From positions 1,720-53,789 of the forward strand of contig JAZJZB010000074.1 of assembly GCA_040390085.1 (NCBI GenBank): a stretch of 52,070 nt of DNA. Reading direction: 5' to 3'. Made by a program: the position numbers and the translations under genes. Below the pieces are notes generated by a model. It had not been told where the DNA came from and searched no databases. It saw only the letters and a program-made list of their open reading frames with translations. Below, one piece after another: positions 1 through 9,855 of this stretch; position 1 is the stretch's first letter; the number at the start of each line of letters is the position of its first letter. Source of the DNA: Pseudomonadota bacterium. Its GTDB lineage: Bacteria; Pseudomonadota; Alphaproteobacteria; Sphingomonadales; Sphingomonadaceae.

Positions 1-2
1 TG

Positions 3-2414
3 TTTCGCGTGGCAACGGTGCAGGGCGGCAGCACGCCGGTTGCCCCGTTTGCCGGCCGTCCGGGCGAGGGCCCGCCGGCCGAGGCGCCCAAGCCCGAAGC
101 CGCGGCTCCTGCCCCCGCGCCAGCGCCAAAGCCGGCACCGGCCGCGCCCCAGGCGCGCAAGCCGTCGCCGCAGGACGACATCACCACCCGCAAGGAGCTT
201 CAGACCAAGCTGCTTCGCGAAGCCGAGGAATCGCGTCTCGCCTCGCTCGAGGAAGCGCGCCGCCGTGAGGAGCGCGTCCGGAGCGCTCAGAGCGAGGACG
301 AGAAGCGCCGCGCCGATGAGAACCGCCGCGCGGAAGAAACCGCCGCCGAGGAAGCCCGCGTTCGCGCCGAGGAGGAAGCGCGCCGTGCGGCCGAGAGTCC
401 GGCGCAGCCGGAAATCGTTGCACCGGTCGAAGAGGAAGAAGAGCGCGTCGCTCGCCGCCCCGGCGGCCATGCGCCCGCGCCAAAGCGTCCCGACCCGGCC
501 CGCCCGGGCCGCAGCCGCGACGAACATCGCCAGCGCGGCAAGCTGACCGTCACCCGCGCCCTGTCCGACGAGGACGACAGCCGCGCCCGCTCGCTCGCGG
601 CGCTTCGCCGCGCCCGCGAGAAAGAAAAGCGTCACCACATGGAAGCCGGACCGTCGGCCAAGCAGGTGCGCGACGTCGTCGTCCCCGAAGCGATCACTGT
701 GCAGGAGCTCGCCAACCGCATGGCCGAGCGCGGCGCCGATCTGGTCAAGGCGCTGTTCAAGATGGGCTCGCCGGTCACGCTCACCCAGACGATCGACCAG
801 GACACGGCCGAGCTGCTGGTCACCGAGTTTGGGCACCGCATCAAGCGCGTCAGCGACAGCGACATCGACATCGACAGCACTGCCGACGTCGATGCGCCCG
901 AAAGCCTGAAGTCCCGTCCGCCGGTGGTCACGATCATGGGCCACGTCGACCACGGCAAGACATCGCTGCTCGACGCGATCCGTGGCGCCGACGTCGTCGC
1001 CCGCGAGGCCGGCGGAATCACCCAGCATATCGGCGCCTATCAGGTGACCCTGGCCGACAAGTCGAAGGTTACGTTCCTCGACACCCCGGGCCACGAGGCG
1101 TTCACCGAGATGCGCGCGCGCGGCGCCAACGTCACCGACATCGTGATCCTGGTGGTTGCGGCCGACGATGGCCTTAAGCCGCAGACGATCGAGGCGATCA
1201 ACCACACCAAGGCGGCCGGCGTGCCGATGATCGTCGCGATCAACAAGATCGACAAGCCCGACGCCAAGCCGCAAAAGGTCCGCGAGGAGCTTCTGCAGCA
1301 CGAGGTGATCGTCGAGGACATGGGCGGCGACGTCCAGGACGTCGAAGTTTCGGCCAAGGAAAAGACCAATCTCGACAAGCTGCTCGAGGCGATCGAGCTG
1401 CAGGCCGAAATCCTCGAATTGAAGGCCAATCCCGACCGCGCCGCCGAAGGCACCGTGATCGAGGCCAAGCTCGACAAGGGCCGCGGCCCGCTGGCGACCG
1501 TCCTGGTCGAGCGCGGCACGCTGCGGGTCGGCGACGTGTTCGTCGCTGGCGCATCGAGCGGCAAGGTCCGCGCGCTGGTCGACGACCATGGCCGCCAGGT
1601 GAAGGAAGCCGGGCCGTCGGTCCCGGTCGAGGTGCTCGGCCTGTCCGTGGTGCCGTCCGCCGGCGATCCGTTCACCGTGGTCGAAAATGAGGCGCGTGCC
1701 CGCGAGGTCGCCGACTATCGCCAGAGCGTGCTTGACCGCAAGCGGACCACCGCAGCGCCGATGACCCTCGAGAACATGTTCGCGAGCCACGCCTCGACCA
1801 CCAAGGAACTGCCGCTGGTCGTCAAGGCCGACGTGCAGGGCTCGGTCGAAGCGATCGTCCATGCCCTCAACCGGCTGTCGACCGATGAAATCCGGGTCCG
1901 GGTGCTTCACTCGGGCGTCGGCGCGATCACCGAGAGCGATGTCACGCTTGCAAGCGCAAGCGGAGCGCCGATCATCGGCTTCAACGTCCGCCCCAACGCC
2001 AAGGCGCGCGAAGTCGCCGAGCGCAACAAGGTCGAGTTCCGTTACTACGACGTCATCTACCACCTCACCGACTGGGTGAAGGGCGCGATGGCCGGCGAGC
2101 TCGGCCCCGAGATCATCGAAACGGTGGTCGGCCGCGCCGAGGTCAAGGAAGTCTTCCCAGCCGGCAAGAAGGACAAGGCCGCCGGCCTGCTCGTCCTCGA
2201 AGGCGTCATCCGCAAGGGCCTCAATGCCCGCCTCACGCGCGAAGACGTCATCGTGTCGAAGACGACGATCAGCTCGCTGCGGCGGTTCAAGGACGACGTC
2301 GCCGAAGTGCGCGCCGGCCTCGAATGCGGCGTGTTGCTGGCCGACACCAACGATATCAAGCCGGGCGACAGCCTCGAAGTGTTCGAGGTCGAGGAGCGCG
2401 CGCGGACGCTGTAG
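3..2414 (+). CDS. infB: Translation initiation factor IF-2 (N-terminus not in window)
   Basis: G-domain motifs [13 protein letters not shown] and NKID, plus the IF2 C-terminal [19 protein letters not shown]. The frame is open to the window start. Confidence 0.97.
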   Translation, partial: FRVATVQGGSTPVAPFAGRPGEGPPAEAPKPEAAAPAPAPAPKPAPAAPQARKPSPQDDITTRKELQTKLLREAEESRLASLEEARRREERVRSAQSEDEKRRADENRRAEETAAEEARVRAEEEARRAAESPAQPEIVAPVEEEEERVARRPGGHAPAPKRPDPARPGRSRDEHRQRGKLTVTRALSDEDDSRARSLAALRRAREKEKRHHMEAGPSAKQVRDVVVPEAITVQELANRMAERGADLVKALFKMGSPVTLTQTIDQDTAELLVTEFGHRIKRVSDSDIDIDSTADVDAPESLKSRPPVVTIMGHVDHGKTSLLDAIRGADVVAREAGGITQHIGAYQVTLADKSKVTFLDTPGHEAFTEMRARGANVTDIVILVVAADDGLKPQTIEAINHTKAAGVPMIVAINKIDKPDAKPQKVREELLQHEVIVEDMGGDVQDVEVSAKEKTNLDKLLEAIELQAEILELKANPDRAAEGTVIEAKLDKGRGPLATVLVERGTLRVGDVFVAGASSGKVRALVDDHGRQVKEAGPSVPVEVLGLSVVPSAGDPFTVVENEARAREVADYRQSVLDRKRTTAAPMTLENMFASHASTTKELPLVVKADVQGSVEAIVHALNRLSTDEIRVRVLHSGVGAITESDVTLASASGAPIIGFNVRPNAKAREVAERNKVEFRYYDVIYHLTDWVKGAMAGELGPEIIETVVGRAEVKEVFPAGKKDKAAGLLVLEGVIRKGLNARLTREDVIVSKTTISSLRRFKDDVAEVRAGLECGVLLADTNDIKPGDSLEVFEVEERARTL

Positions 2415-2424
2415 GGGAGCTATC

Positions 2425-2985
2425 GTGGTATGGCCTCAACCCCGGCTGACGGCTGAACACGTTCGCGGGGCATTGCGGCGCGCTCCGCGAGGATTTTTCG
2501 ACCGAGACGAGTCGCGGGGGAATTATGCGGTACACCGTGCGGCACTCGAGAAATGGTTCGGCGTCCAGCGAGGCAGGTGGACTCCGGAAGCCGTGGTTCT
2601 TGGTTGTCTGGCCGTTTATGGTTGGATGCCGACGATACTGGAGGTGAAGAAGCCGCGAGAGGCGACGCTGAACCTAGGGCGGGCAGCCGCAATCGCAGAC
2701 GCGTTAAATGAGAGAGACACCGACATCGATCTCACGTTTGCAAACGGATCAGTCGTCGGAACCTCGAAGTTCCTCCACTTTGCATTCCCCGATGAATATC
2801 CAATTTGGGACAGCCGCGTTCGCCGTGCGCTTGTGGGCGAGTGCCCATGTCGGGATTCAATCGGCGAGTACCGAGAATATCGCGAAGCGCTGATGGACTA
2901 TGCGGACCAAGAAGGGCGCGACATGCGGGAAGTTGAACAAGACCTCTTCTGGCTGGACTGGAATGCGAAAAACCGAAACCTCTGA
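2425..2985 (+). CDS. Hypothetical protein with a helix-hairpin-helix glycosylase-like motif ([15 protein letters not shown])
   Basis: GTG at 2425 follows GGGGAG (2414-2419). The 186 codons fill the infB-rbfA gap. The family call is by motif recognition only. Confidence 0.7.
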   Translation: MVWPQPRLTAEHVRGALRRAPRGFFDRDESRGNYAVHRAALEKWFGVQRGRWTPEAVVLGCLAVYGWMPTILEVKKPREATLNLGRAAAIADALNERDTDIDLTFANGSVVGTSKFLHFAFPDEYPIWDSRVRRALVGECPCRDSIGEYREYREALMDYADQEGRDMREVEQDLFWLDWNAKNRNL

Positions 2986-3355
2986 AGGCCGCTCGGTCCG
3001 GCTGCTCCGCGTCGGCGAGCAAGTCCGTCACGTGCTGAGCGAATTGCTCCAGCGCGGCGACGTGCATGACCCGGTGCTTCAATCGCACCTGGTCAGCATC
3101 ACCGAGGTGCGCATGTCGCCCGATCTGCGCCACGCCACGGTGTTCGTGAAGCCGCTGCTCGGCCAGGACGAGGAAGCGGTGCTGAAGGCGCTGCGCCAGA
3201 ACACCGCATTCCTCCAGCGCGAGGTCGCCCGCCGGGTGCGCATCAAATATGCGGCCAAGCTCAAGTTCGTCCCCGACGAGAGCTTCGACGAGGGCACCCA
3301 CATCGAGAAGCTGCTGCGCGCGCCCAAGGTCGCGCAGGACATCGGCAAGGAATGA
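2963..3355 (+). CDS. rbfA: Ribosome-binding factor A
   Basis: [26 protein letters not shown] and [21 protein letters not shown] 2963 is preferred over 2900. Confidence 0.95.
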   Translation: MRKTETSEGRSVRLLRVGEQVRHVLSELLQRGDVHDPVLQSHLVSITEVRMSPDLRHATVFVKPLLGQDEEAVLKALRQNTAFLQREVARRVRIKYAAKLKFVPDESFDEGTHIEKLLRAPKVAQDIGKE

Positions 3356-3894
3356 TCGACCTAGAGCGGCTTGCCGAGCCGATGACGGGCGAGCGATGCC
3401 GCGGCGAGTTGTTTTCCGAAGAGCATCGCGAACCGCTCAAGGCCGCTTGCGCCGAGGACGGCGAAATCTGGCAGATTTACGCCAATAATTTCGGGCCGGA
3501 TGGCTTCGACCAGAGCATCGACCGCTACGTTTCCAACCCGAGCAACCGCACCTTCGTCCTATTCGATGGCGACGAGCTTGCCGGAATGTCGAGCTACCTC
3601 GGGATCGACGAGGGCCGGCAAGCGCTCGAAATCGGCGGCAGCTATTACCGGCCTCGCCTGCGCGGCACCGGCTTCAACCAGCGGATCAAGGACATGATGC
3701 TCGCCCGCGCCTTCGATTGCGGCGTCCGGCGAGTCGAGTTCCGGGTCGACCGCCGCAACGGCCGCAGCCAGGCGGCGATGGCCAAGCTCGGCGCGGTGCG
3801 CGAAGGGGTGCTTCGCGCCGACCGCATCACCTGGACTGGCCATGTGCGCGACACAATGCTGTTTGCGATCCTGAAGGACGAGTGGCCGGTCTGA
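3352..3894 (+). CDS. GNAT family N-acetyltransferase (RimJ/RimL-like)
   Basis: [15 protein letters not shown] and [30 protein letters not shown] overlap with rbfA. Confidence 0.88.
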   Translation: MIDLERLAEPMTGERCRGELFSEEHREPLKAACAEDGEIWQIYANNFGPDGFDQSIDRYVSNPSNRTFVLFDGDELAGMSSYLGIDEGRQALEIGGSYYRPRLRGTGFNQRIKDMMLARAFDCGVRRVEFRVDRRNGRSQAAMAKLGAVREGVLRADRITWTGHVRDTMLFAILKDEWPV

Positions 3895-3919
3895 CCGGGC
3901 CGCGCTAAGCGTCACCGCA

Positions 3920-5170
3920 ATGGCCCGTTCCAAGACATCCGATCCGCCCGTCGTCGTGTGCGTGGTGGTCAAGGCATGGCCGCTGGTGTCGACGACCTTC
4001 ATCGCGCAGGAACTCGTCGGGCTCGAGCGGGAGGGCCTTGAGCTGTGGGTCGTCTCGACGCTTCAAGGCGACAAGGTCCGCCACAAGCTCCACGACCAGC
4101 TGCACGCGCCGATCCGCTATCTCGCCGGCGCCAACAGCCTGCCGCGGCTGGTTCGGGCGTGGCGCAAGCTGCGGCGCACGCCAGGCTATGCCAAGGCCAA
4201 GGAACTGCTGCGCTACGACCGCGGCCACGGCGCCTCGGCGATGCGGCTGGTGGCCTTCGCCGGCGCGATGCTCGCTGCCGCGGAAATGCCGGCGGAGACG
4301 CGCATCATCTACGCGCACTTCCTCAACAGCGGCATGAACGTCGCCCGCTACGCGGCGGCGATGAGCGGCCTTCCGGTCGCCGTCAGCGCGCACGCCCGCG
4401 ACATCTGGGTCAGCCCCGAATGGAACAAGCGCGTCAAGCTCGCACAGGCCGAATGGTGCACGACCTGCACCATCGATGGCTGGGAGCATCTCAAAACGCT
4501 CGCCGACGACCCGGCCAAGGTCCATTTGATTTACCATGGCTTGTCGTTCGAGCGCTTCCCAGGCGACGCGCCGAAGCGGCCGCTGCGTGATGGATCGGAT
4601 CCGGACGAGCCGGTCCGGCTGTTCTCGGTCGGCCGCGCGGTCGAAAAGAAGGGCTTCGACGTGCTGCTCGACGCGCTCGGCACGCTGCCAAAGGAACTCA
4701 ACTGGCGCTGGGTGCATGTCGGCGGCGGCCCGATCCTCGACGCGCTCAAGGAGTGCGCCAAGGCGCGCGACATTCTCGATCGGATCGACTGGCTCGGTGT
4801 CCAGACCCAGGCGGAAGTGATCGCGCTCTACCGCTCGAGCGACCTGTTCGTCCTGCCCTCGCGCGAAGGCGCCGACGGCGACCGCGACGGCCTGCCCAAT
4901 GTGCTGATGGAAGCGCAGAGCCAGGCCCTGTGCTGCCTTTCGACCCGCTTCTCCGCGATCCCGGAGCTGATCATCGACGGGGAAACCGGGGTGCTTGTAT
5001 CGCCCGGCGAGACTGCGCCGCTGCGCGATGCGCTGGAACGGCTGATCACCAGCCCGGCGCTGCGCGAGAAGCTTGGCATGGCCGGGTTCAAGCGCGTCCG
5101 CGGCAAGTTTGAAGCCGAGGCGGGAATCCACCAGCTCGCCGGGCTTTTGCGCGGCTCGATGAAGACGTGA
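3920..5170 (+). CDS. Glycosyltransferase family 4 (GT-B fold, WcaL-like)
   Basis: SVGRAVEKKG and DGLPNVLMEA (D/E-x7-E), SAIPELIIDGETG. Confidence 0.9.
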   Translation: MARSKTSDPPVVVCVVVKAWPLVSTTFIAQELVGLEREGLELWVVSTLQGDKVRHKLHDQLHAPIRYLAGANSLPRLVRAWRKLRRTPGYAKAKELLRYDRGHGASAMRLVAFAGAMLAAAEMPAETRIIYAHFLNSGMNVARYAAAMSGLPVAVSAHARDIWVSPEWNKRVKLAQAEWCTTCTIDGWEHLKTLADDPAKVHLIYHGLSFERFPGDAPKRPLRDGSDPDEPVRLFSVGRAVEKKGFDVLLDALGTLPKELNWRWVHVGGGPILDALKECAKARDILDRIDWLGVQTQAEVIALYRSSDLFVLPSREGADGDRDGLPNVLMEAQSQALCCLSTRFSAIPELIIDGETGVLVSPGETAPLRDALERLITSPALREKLGMAGFKRVRGKFEAEAGIHQLAGLLRGSMKT

Positions 5171-6171
5171 TCCACGGCTGGATCGTGCTCGACAAGCCGG
5201 TCGGGCTCGGCTCGACCCAGGCCGTCGGTGCAATCAAGCGCCTGCTTCGTGAAGCCGGAGAGCCGAAGACCAAGGTCGGTCATGGCGGGACTCTCGATCC
5301 ACTGGCGAGCGGCGTGCTTCCTATTGCGCTGGGCGAAGCGACCAAGCTCGCGGGACGCATGCTCGACGCGACCAAGGGCTATGATTTCACCATCCGCTTC
5401 GGCGAGGAAACCGACACGCTCGATGGTGAGGGCGAGGTGGTCGCGACAAGCGAAGTTCGGCCGACGCGCGAGCAGGTCGAAGCCGTGCTGCCGCGGTTCA
5501 CCGGAGCGATCGAACAGATTCCGCCGGCCTATTCGGCGCTGAAAGTAGGCGGCAAAGCGGCATACGCGAGAGCGCGAGCGGGCGAAGAGGTTGCGCTGAG
5601 GCCAAGAGCAGTCACGATTCACTCGCTTTCAATCCGTCACCCTGAACTTGTTTCAGGGTCCATTTCTCCACCCGCTCAGCAGTCTCCGGAATGGATGCTG
5701 AAACAAGTTCAGCATGACGGGCTAACCGAAATCACCCTTTCCGCTACCGTCTCCAAGGGCACTTACATCCGCAGCCTCGCCCGCGACATCGCTCATGCGC
5801 TTGGAACGGTCGGCCACGTTTCTTACCTGAGACGCACCCGCGCCGGGCCGTTCACGCTCGACCAGGCCGTTTCGCTGGACTTTCTCACCGAAACCGCTAA
5901 GGCGCGCGCACTGACGAGGACGGTACTGCCGCTTGATGCGGCGCTGGACGACATCCCGGCCCTCCCCGTCACCCCCGCTCAAGCCCAGTTGCTCCGTCAC
6001 GGGCAGCAGCTTGTCGGGTTCCCCGCACCGGGGTCCCATCAAAGTAGTACTTTGATGGGTTCCCGATCGGGGCTTTGCATGGCCTGCCTGGAGGGAACTC
6101 CGGTCGCGCTGGTTGAAGCCTCGGCCGACGGCCTCCGGGTCGTCAGGGGGTTCAACCTTTTAGAAGAATAG
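5167..6171 (+). CDS. truB: tRNA pseudouridine(55) synthase TruB, with two in-frame palindromic insertions
   Basis: [42 protein letters not shown] overlap with the GT4 stop. Confidence 0.96.
   Translation: MIHGWIVLDKPVGLGSTQAVGAIKRLLREAGEPKTKVGHGGTLDPLASGVLPIALGEATKLAGRMLDATKGYDFTIRFGEETDTLDGEGEVVATSEVRPTREQVEAVLPRFTGAIEQIPPAYSALKVGGKAAYARARAGEEVALRPRAVTIHSLSIRHPELVSGSISPPAQQSPEWMLKQVQHDGLTEITLSATVSKGTYIRSLARDIAHALGTVGHVSYLRRTRAGPFTLDQAVSLDFLTETAKARALTRTVLPLDAALDDIPALPVTPAQAQLLRHGQQLVGFPAPGSHQSSTLMGSRSGLCMACLEGTPVALVEASADGLRVVRGFNLLEE
5634..5720. repeat. 87-bp CGTC-type palindromic (REP/REPIN, RPE-like) element, in frame inside truB
   Basis: CCGTCA-CCCTGAACTTGTTTCAGGGT-CCAT...ATGG-ATGCTGAAACAAGTTCAGCAT-GACGG. 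A near-identical copy lies at 6484-6563. Confidence 0.9.
6021..6072. repeat. Second palindromic element in frame in the truB 3' region
   Basis: Perfect 12-bp inverted repeat CCCATCAAAGTA-G-TACTTTGATGGG (6035-6059), extended by CGGG/CCCG and CCCCG/CGGGG. AT-rich core inside a GC-rich gene. Confidence 0.7.
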
Positions 6172-6181
6172 GAGTGAACCG

Positions 6182-6451
6182 ATGTCGATTACCGCAGAGC
6201 GCAAGGAAGCGCTGATCAAGACTCATGCGCAGGGCAAAAGCGACACTGGTTCGCCGGAAGTCCAGGTCGCGATCCTGACCGAGCGCATCAACAACCTGAC
6301 GGGGCATTTCAAGACCCACGCGAAGGACAACCATTCGCGCCGCGGTCTTCTGATGATGGTCAACAAGCGCCGGTCGCTGCTCGATTATCTCCGCAAGGAA
6401 GATGCGCAGCGTTACACCGATCTCATCGCGAAGCTCGGCCTTCGCAAGTGA
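6182..6451 (+). CDS. rpsO: 30S ribosomal protein S15
   Basis: [35 protein letters not shown] upstream. Confidence 0.98.
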   Translation: MSITAERKEALIKTHAQGKSDTGSPEVQVAILTERINNLTGHFKTHAKDNHSRRGLLMMVNKRRSLLDYLRKEDAQRYTDLIAKLGLRK

Positions 6452-6453
6452 CG

Positions 6454-6479
6454 AAAAGCCGCCCGATGGGCGGCTTTTT
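6454..6479 (+). terminator. Intrinsic terminator after rpsO
   Basis: AAAAGCCGCCC-GAT-GGGCGGCTTTTT. Confidence 0.88.
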
Positions 6480-6483
6480 GGAG

Positions 6484-6563
6484 TCCTGAACTTGTTTCAG
6501 GATCCATTTTTCCATCCCACGCTTGGTCTCCGGGATGGATGCTGAACCAAGTTCAGCATGACG
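6484..6563. repeat. Intergenic copy of the truB palindromic element (left CGTCA end lost)
   Basis: TCCTGAACTTGTTTCAGGATCCAT-27 nt-ATGGATGCTGAACCAAGTTCAGCATGACG. Confidence 0.88.
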
Positions 6564-6695
6564 ATTGGAGGCCAAAGTCCCGCAATTCGGCGGGGCGCAC
6601 TGGGGGCCTAAAGCGCCCCGAACCGCTCGCAGACCGGCTCCGTCTGCCACTGCTGTCCCGCCGGCATCTGGCCCGCGGGGACTGAAGGAACGAAC

Positions 6696-9107
6696 ATGTT
6701 CAATACCAAGACTGTTGAAATCGAGTGGGGCGGTAAAACCCTCAAGCTCGAAACGGGCCGCGTTGCCCGCCAGGCCGACGGCGCGGTTCTCGCGACCCTC
6801 GGCGAAACCGTGGTGCTGTGCGCGGTCACCGCCGCCAAGTCGGTCAAGCCGGGACAGGATTTCTTCCCGCTGACTGTCCACTACCAGGAAAAATTCTCGG
6901 CTGCCGGACGCATCCCCGGCGGCTTCTTCAAGCGCGAGCGCGGAGCGACCGAAAAGGAAACGCTCACCTCGCGCCTGATCGACCGGCCGGTGCGGCCGCT
7001 GTTCCCTGAAGGGTTCTACAACGAGGTTCTCGTTATCGCCCAAGTGCTGTCCTACGACGGCGAGAACGAGCCGGACATTGTCGCGATGATCGCGGCCTCG
7101 GCGGCGCTGACGCTTAGCGGCGTGCCGTTCATGGGTCCGATCGGCGCCGCGCGCGTCGGTTTCTCGGACGAGGGCGAATATATCCTCAACCCGACCCAGA
7201 CCCAGATCGCGGAAGGCAAGCTCGACCTGATCGTCGCCGGCACCCGCGACGCGGTGATGATGGTCGAATCCGAAGCCAAGGAGCTGAGCGAAGAGCAGAT
7301 GCTCGGCGCGGTCATGTTCGCCCACCGCGAAAGCCAGAAGGTGATCGAAGCGATCATCAAGCTCGCCGAGCAGGCGGCCAAGGAGCCGTGGGAGCTGAGC
7401 CAGTCGGCCGACAAGGCGGCGATCAAAAAGAAGCTCAAGGACCTCATCGGCAAGGACGTCGATGCAGCCTACAAGCTGACCAGCAAGCAAGAGCGTTCGG
7501 CCAAGCTCAACGAAGCGCGCGCCAAGGCCGCCGAAGCGTTCGCCGAAAGCGACCCGCAGGAGCAGATGGTCGCGTCCAAGCTGGTCAAGTCGGTCGAAGC
7601 CGACATCGTCCGCACCGCGATCCTGAAGGACGGCCGCCGAATCGACGGCCGCGACACCAAGACCGTGCGCCCGATCGAGATCAGCGTTGGCTTCCTGCCA
7701 CGCACCCACGGATCGGCGCTGTTCACCCGCGGCGAGACGCAGGCGATCGTCAGCACCACCCTTGGCACCAAGGAATCGGAGCAGATGATCGACGGGCTGG
7801 AGGGGCTCTCCTACCAGCGCTTCATGCTGCACTATAACTTCCCGCCCTACTCGGTCGGCGAAGTCGGCCGCTTCGGCGCCCCGTCCCGGCGCGAAACCGG
7901 CCACGGCAAGCTCGCCTGGCGCGCGCTGCGTCCGATGCTGCCGAGCGTCGAGGAGTTCCCGTACACGGTGCGCGTCCTCTCCGACATCACCGAGTCCAAC
8001 GGCTCGTCGTCGATGGCCACGGTGTGCGGCGGAAGCCTCGCGCTGATGGACGCCGGCGTTCCCTTGAAGGCGCCGGTTGCCGGAATCGCGATGGGGTTGA
8101 TCCTCGAAGGCAAGGATTTCGCGGTGATCAGCGACATCCTCGGCGACGAGGACCATCTCGGCGACATGGACTTCAAGGTTGCCGGAACGTCGAACGGCGT
8201 CACCGCGCTGCAGATGGACATCAAGGTCGCCGGGATCACCGAGGAGATCATGAAGGTCGCCCTCGCCCAGGCGAAGGAAGGCCGCGCCCACATCCTCGGC
8301 GAAATGGCCAAGGCGCTCGACCACACCCGTGAAGAGCTGTCGGCCCACGCGCCGCGGATCGAAACGATGCAGATCCCCAAGGACAAGATCCGCGAAGTGA
8401 TCGGCACCGGCGGCAAGGTGATCCGCGAGATCGTCGCCGAGACCGGCGCGAAAGTGGACATCGACGACGACGGCGTGATCAAGATCAGCTCGTCCGACCT
8501 CAGCCAGATCGAGGCCGCGCGCCAGTGGATCCGCGGCATCGTCGCGGAACCCGAGCCGGGCACGATCTACACCGGCAAGGTCGCAAGCATCGTCGATTTC
8601 GGCGCGTTCGTGACCTTCATGCCCGGCAAGGACGGGCTGGTCCACGTGTCCGAGATCAAGAACGAGCGGGTCGAGAACGTCCGCGACGTCCTGAGCGAAG
8701 GCCAGGAGGTCAAGGTCAAGCTGGTCGAGGTCGACCAGCGCGGCAAGGTCCGCCTGTCGATGCGCCTGGTCGACCAGGAAACCGGCGAAGAGCTGGCCGA
8801 CACGCGTCCCCCGCGGGAACCGCGCGAGGGTGGCGATCGCGGTGATCGTGGTCCGCGCGGCGAAGGCCGCGGCGACCGTCATCGTGGCGGCGGCGGCCGT
8901 GGCGGCGACCGCGATCGCGGCCCGCGTCGCGAAGGCGGCGACCGTGGACCGCGCGGCGACCGTGGTCCGCGTGAGGACCGTGGCCCGCGTGGCGAAGGTC
9001 GCGGCGATCGTGGCCCGCGGCCCGAGCGCGAAGGCGGCGAGGCACGCGAGAGCGGCCCCGAGCCCGAATTCTCGCCGGCGTTCCTGACCGGGAACAACGA
9101 GGACTAA
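6696..9107 (+). CDS. pnp: Polyribonucleotide nucleotidyltransferase (PNPase)
   Basis: [37 protein letters not shown], then KH and S1 domains and an R/G/D-rich tail. Confidence 0.98.
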   Translation: MFNTKTVEIEWGGKTLKLETGRVARQADGAVLATLGETVVLCAVTAAKSVKPGQDFFPLTVHYQEKFSAAGRIPGGFFKRERGATEKETLTSRLIDRPVRPLFPEGFYNEVLVIAQVLSYDGENEPDIVAMIAASAALTLSGVPFMGPIGAARVGFSDEGEYILNPTQTQIAEGKLDLIVAGTRDAVMMVESEAKELSEEQMLGAVMFAHRESQKVIEAIIKLAEQAAKEPWELSQSADKAAIKKKLKDLIGKDVDAAYKLTSKQERSAKLNEARAKAAEAFAESDPQEQMVASKLVKSVEADIVRTAILKDGRRIDGRDTKTVRPIEISVGFLPRTHGSALFTRGETQAIVSTTLGTKESEQMIDGLEGLSYQRFMLHYNFPPYSVGEVGRFGAPSRRETGHGKLAWRALRPMLPSVEEFPYTVRVLSDITESNGSSSMATVCGGSLALMDAGVPLKAPVAGIAMGLILEGKDFAVISDILGDEDHLGDMDFKVAGTSNGVTALQMDIKVAGITEEIMKVALAQAKEGRAHILGEMAKALDHTREELSAHAPRIETMQIPKDKIREVIGTGGKVIREIVAETGAKVDIDDDGVIKISSSDLSQIEAARQWIRGIVAEPEPGTIYTGKVASIVDFGAFVTFMPGKDGLVHVSEIKNERVENVRDVLSEGQEVKVKLVEVDQRGKVRLSMRLVDQETGEELADTRPPREPREGGDRGDRGPRGEGRGDRHRGGGGRGGDRDRGPRREGGDRGPRGDRGPREDRGPRGEGRGDRGPRPEREGGEARESGPEPEFSPAFLTGNNED

Positions 9108-9115
9108 ACCCTGGC

Positions 9116-9184
9116 TGTCATTCCCGCGAAAGCGGGAATCCCGCTCATCAAGGAAGCTGGACCCCCGCTTTCGCGAGGGTGACG
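9116..9184. repeat. GTCA...TGAC palindromic REP-like element (different family; contains ATTCCC-N8-GGGAAT)
   Basis: TGTCATTCCCGCGAAAGCGGGAATCC...GGACCCCCGCTTTCGCGAGGGTGACG. Confidence 0.8.
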
Positions 9185-9186
9185 AA

Positions 9187-9225
9187 TAAAAGAAAGGCCG
9201 CGCAGCGCTGCGCGGCCTTTTCTTT
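9187..9225. terminator. Bidirectional intrinsic terminator between pnp and the convergent lipoprotein gene
   Basis: Perfect palindrome AAAGGCCGCGCAGCGCTGCGCGGCCTTT (9193-9220) with A and T tracts on both sides. Confidence 0.85.
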
Positions 9226-9236
9226 GAACGGTGTTT

Positions 9237-9518
9237 CTACAGGATGCGGGAGCAGGTGCCGCCGTCGTTCGAGCCCGCGTAATAATGACCGCTGCTAAGG
9301 CAGCCGCTCGCGAACTCGGCGCAGTCGGACTTATCGTCCTTCTTGCAGGTCTTCTTGTTGCATTGGACTCCGTCCGGGTGCGCGGCCACGCATTCGGTCG
9401 TCGCATAGACCACCGTACCGGTCTTGACGCTTCCCAGCGGGTCGCCGTGCGAGCCAGCGCCCTTGGCGCAGGCCGCGAGCAGCAGCGCTGACATGATCGT
9501 AAGGCGTCCCGGGCTCAT
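9237..9518 (-). CDS. Small cysteine-rich lipoprotein (93 aa)
   Basis: SD AGGGGA, then a signal peptide ending in lipobox LAAC, then six more Cys residues. Confidence 0.75.
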   Translation of the reverse strand: MSPGRLTIMSALLLAACAKGAGSHGDPLGSVKTGTVVYATTECVAAHPDGVQCNKKTCKKDDKSDCAEFASGCLSSGHYYAGSNDGGTCSRIL

Positions 9519-9855
9519 CGCATTTCCCCTTTTTGCGAACGTTGATCCGGCACGCTCCAGATACAGCAATCAGCGGCGCTTCTGAACCCAAGGCGGGACA
9601 GACGGAGCTTGTTCGCCCACCGAAGCGTTTAGCGGGCAACAGGGAAAGGGACCTGGCTGGTGCTCATTGGGACCGCATCGGCATTGTTGATCGTCGGCCG
9701 CTCGCTGCGCAACCGCCCGCCGACACCCGTTTTGATCTCGCCGCAAGGCCGTCGAGCGCTTCGCGCTTTATGCAGCGGCTTGTATGAATGACCCGATGAG
9801 CCGGCCGCACACCGACATCGACACGATGATCGCCTTCGCCGCACAGGAGAGGCAA

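Noticed and set aside
2224-2424. Longer 253-aa version of the orphan ORF, or an infB frameshift fusion
   Set aside because: It overlaps the intact infB C-terminus, no slippery site is evident, and a good SD precedes GTG 2425.
6423-8882. 819-aa antisense ORF over pnp (similarly 15306-17261, 45996-48398, 3905-5233, 18530-19918, 11099-12628)
   Set aside because: Shadow frames of GC-rich genes with strong codon bias; no recognisable motifs.
8820-9050. Tandem GGCGACCGTGG-like repeats as a possible CRISPR or VNTR
   Set aside because: They are coding repeats of the PNPase tail, irregular and without spacers or cas genes.
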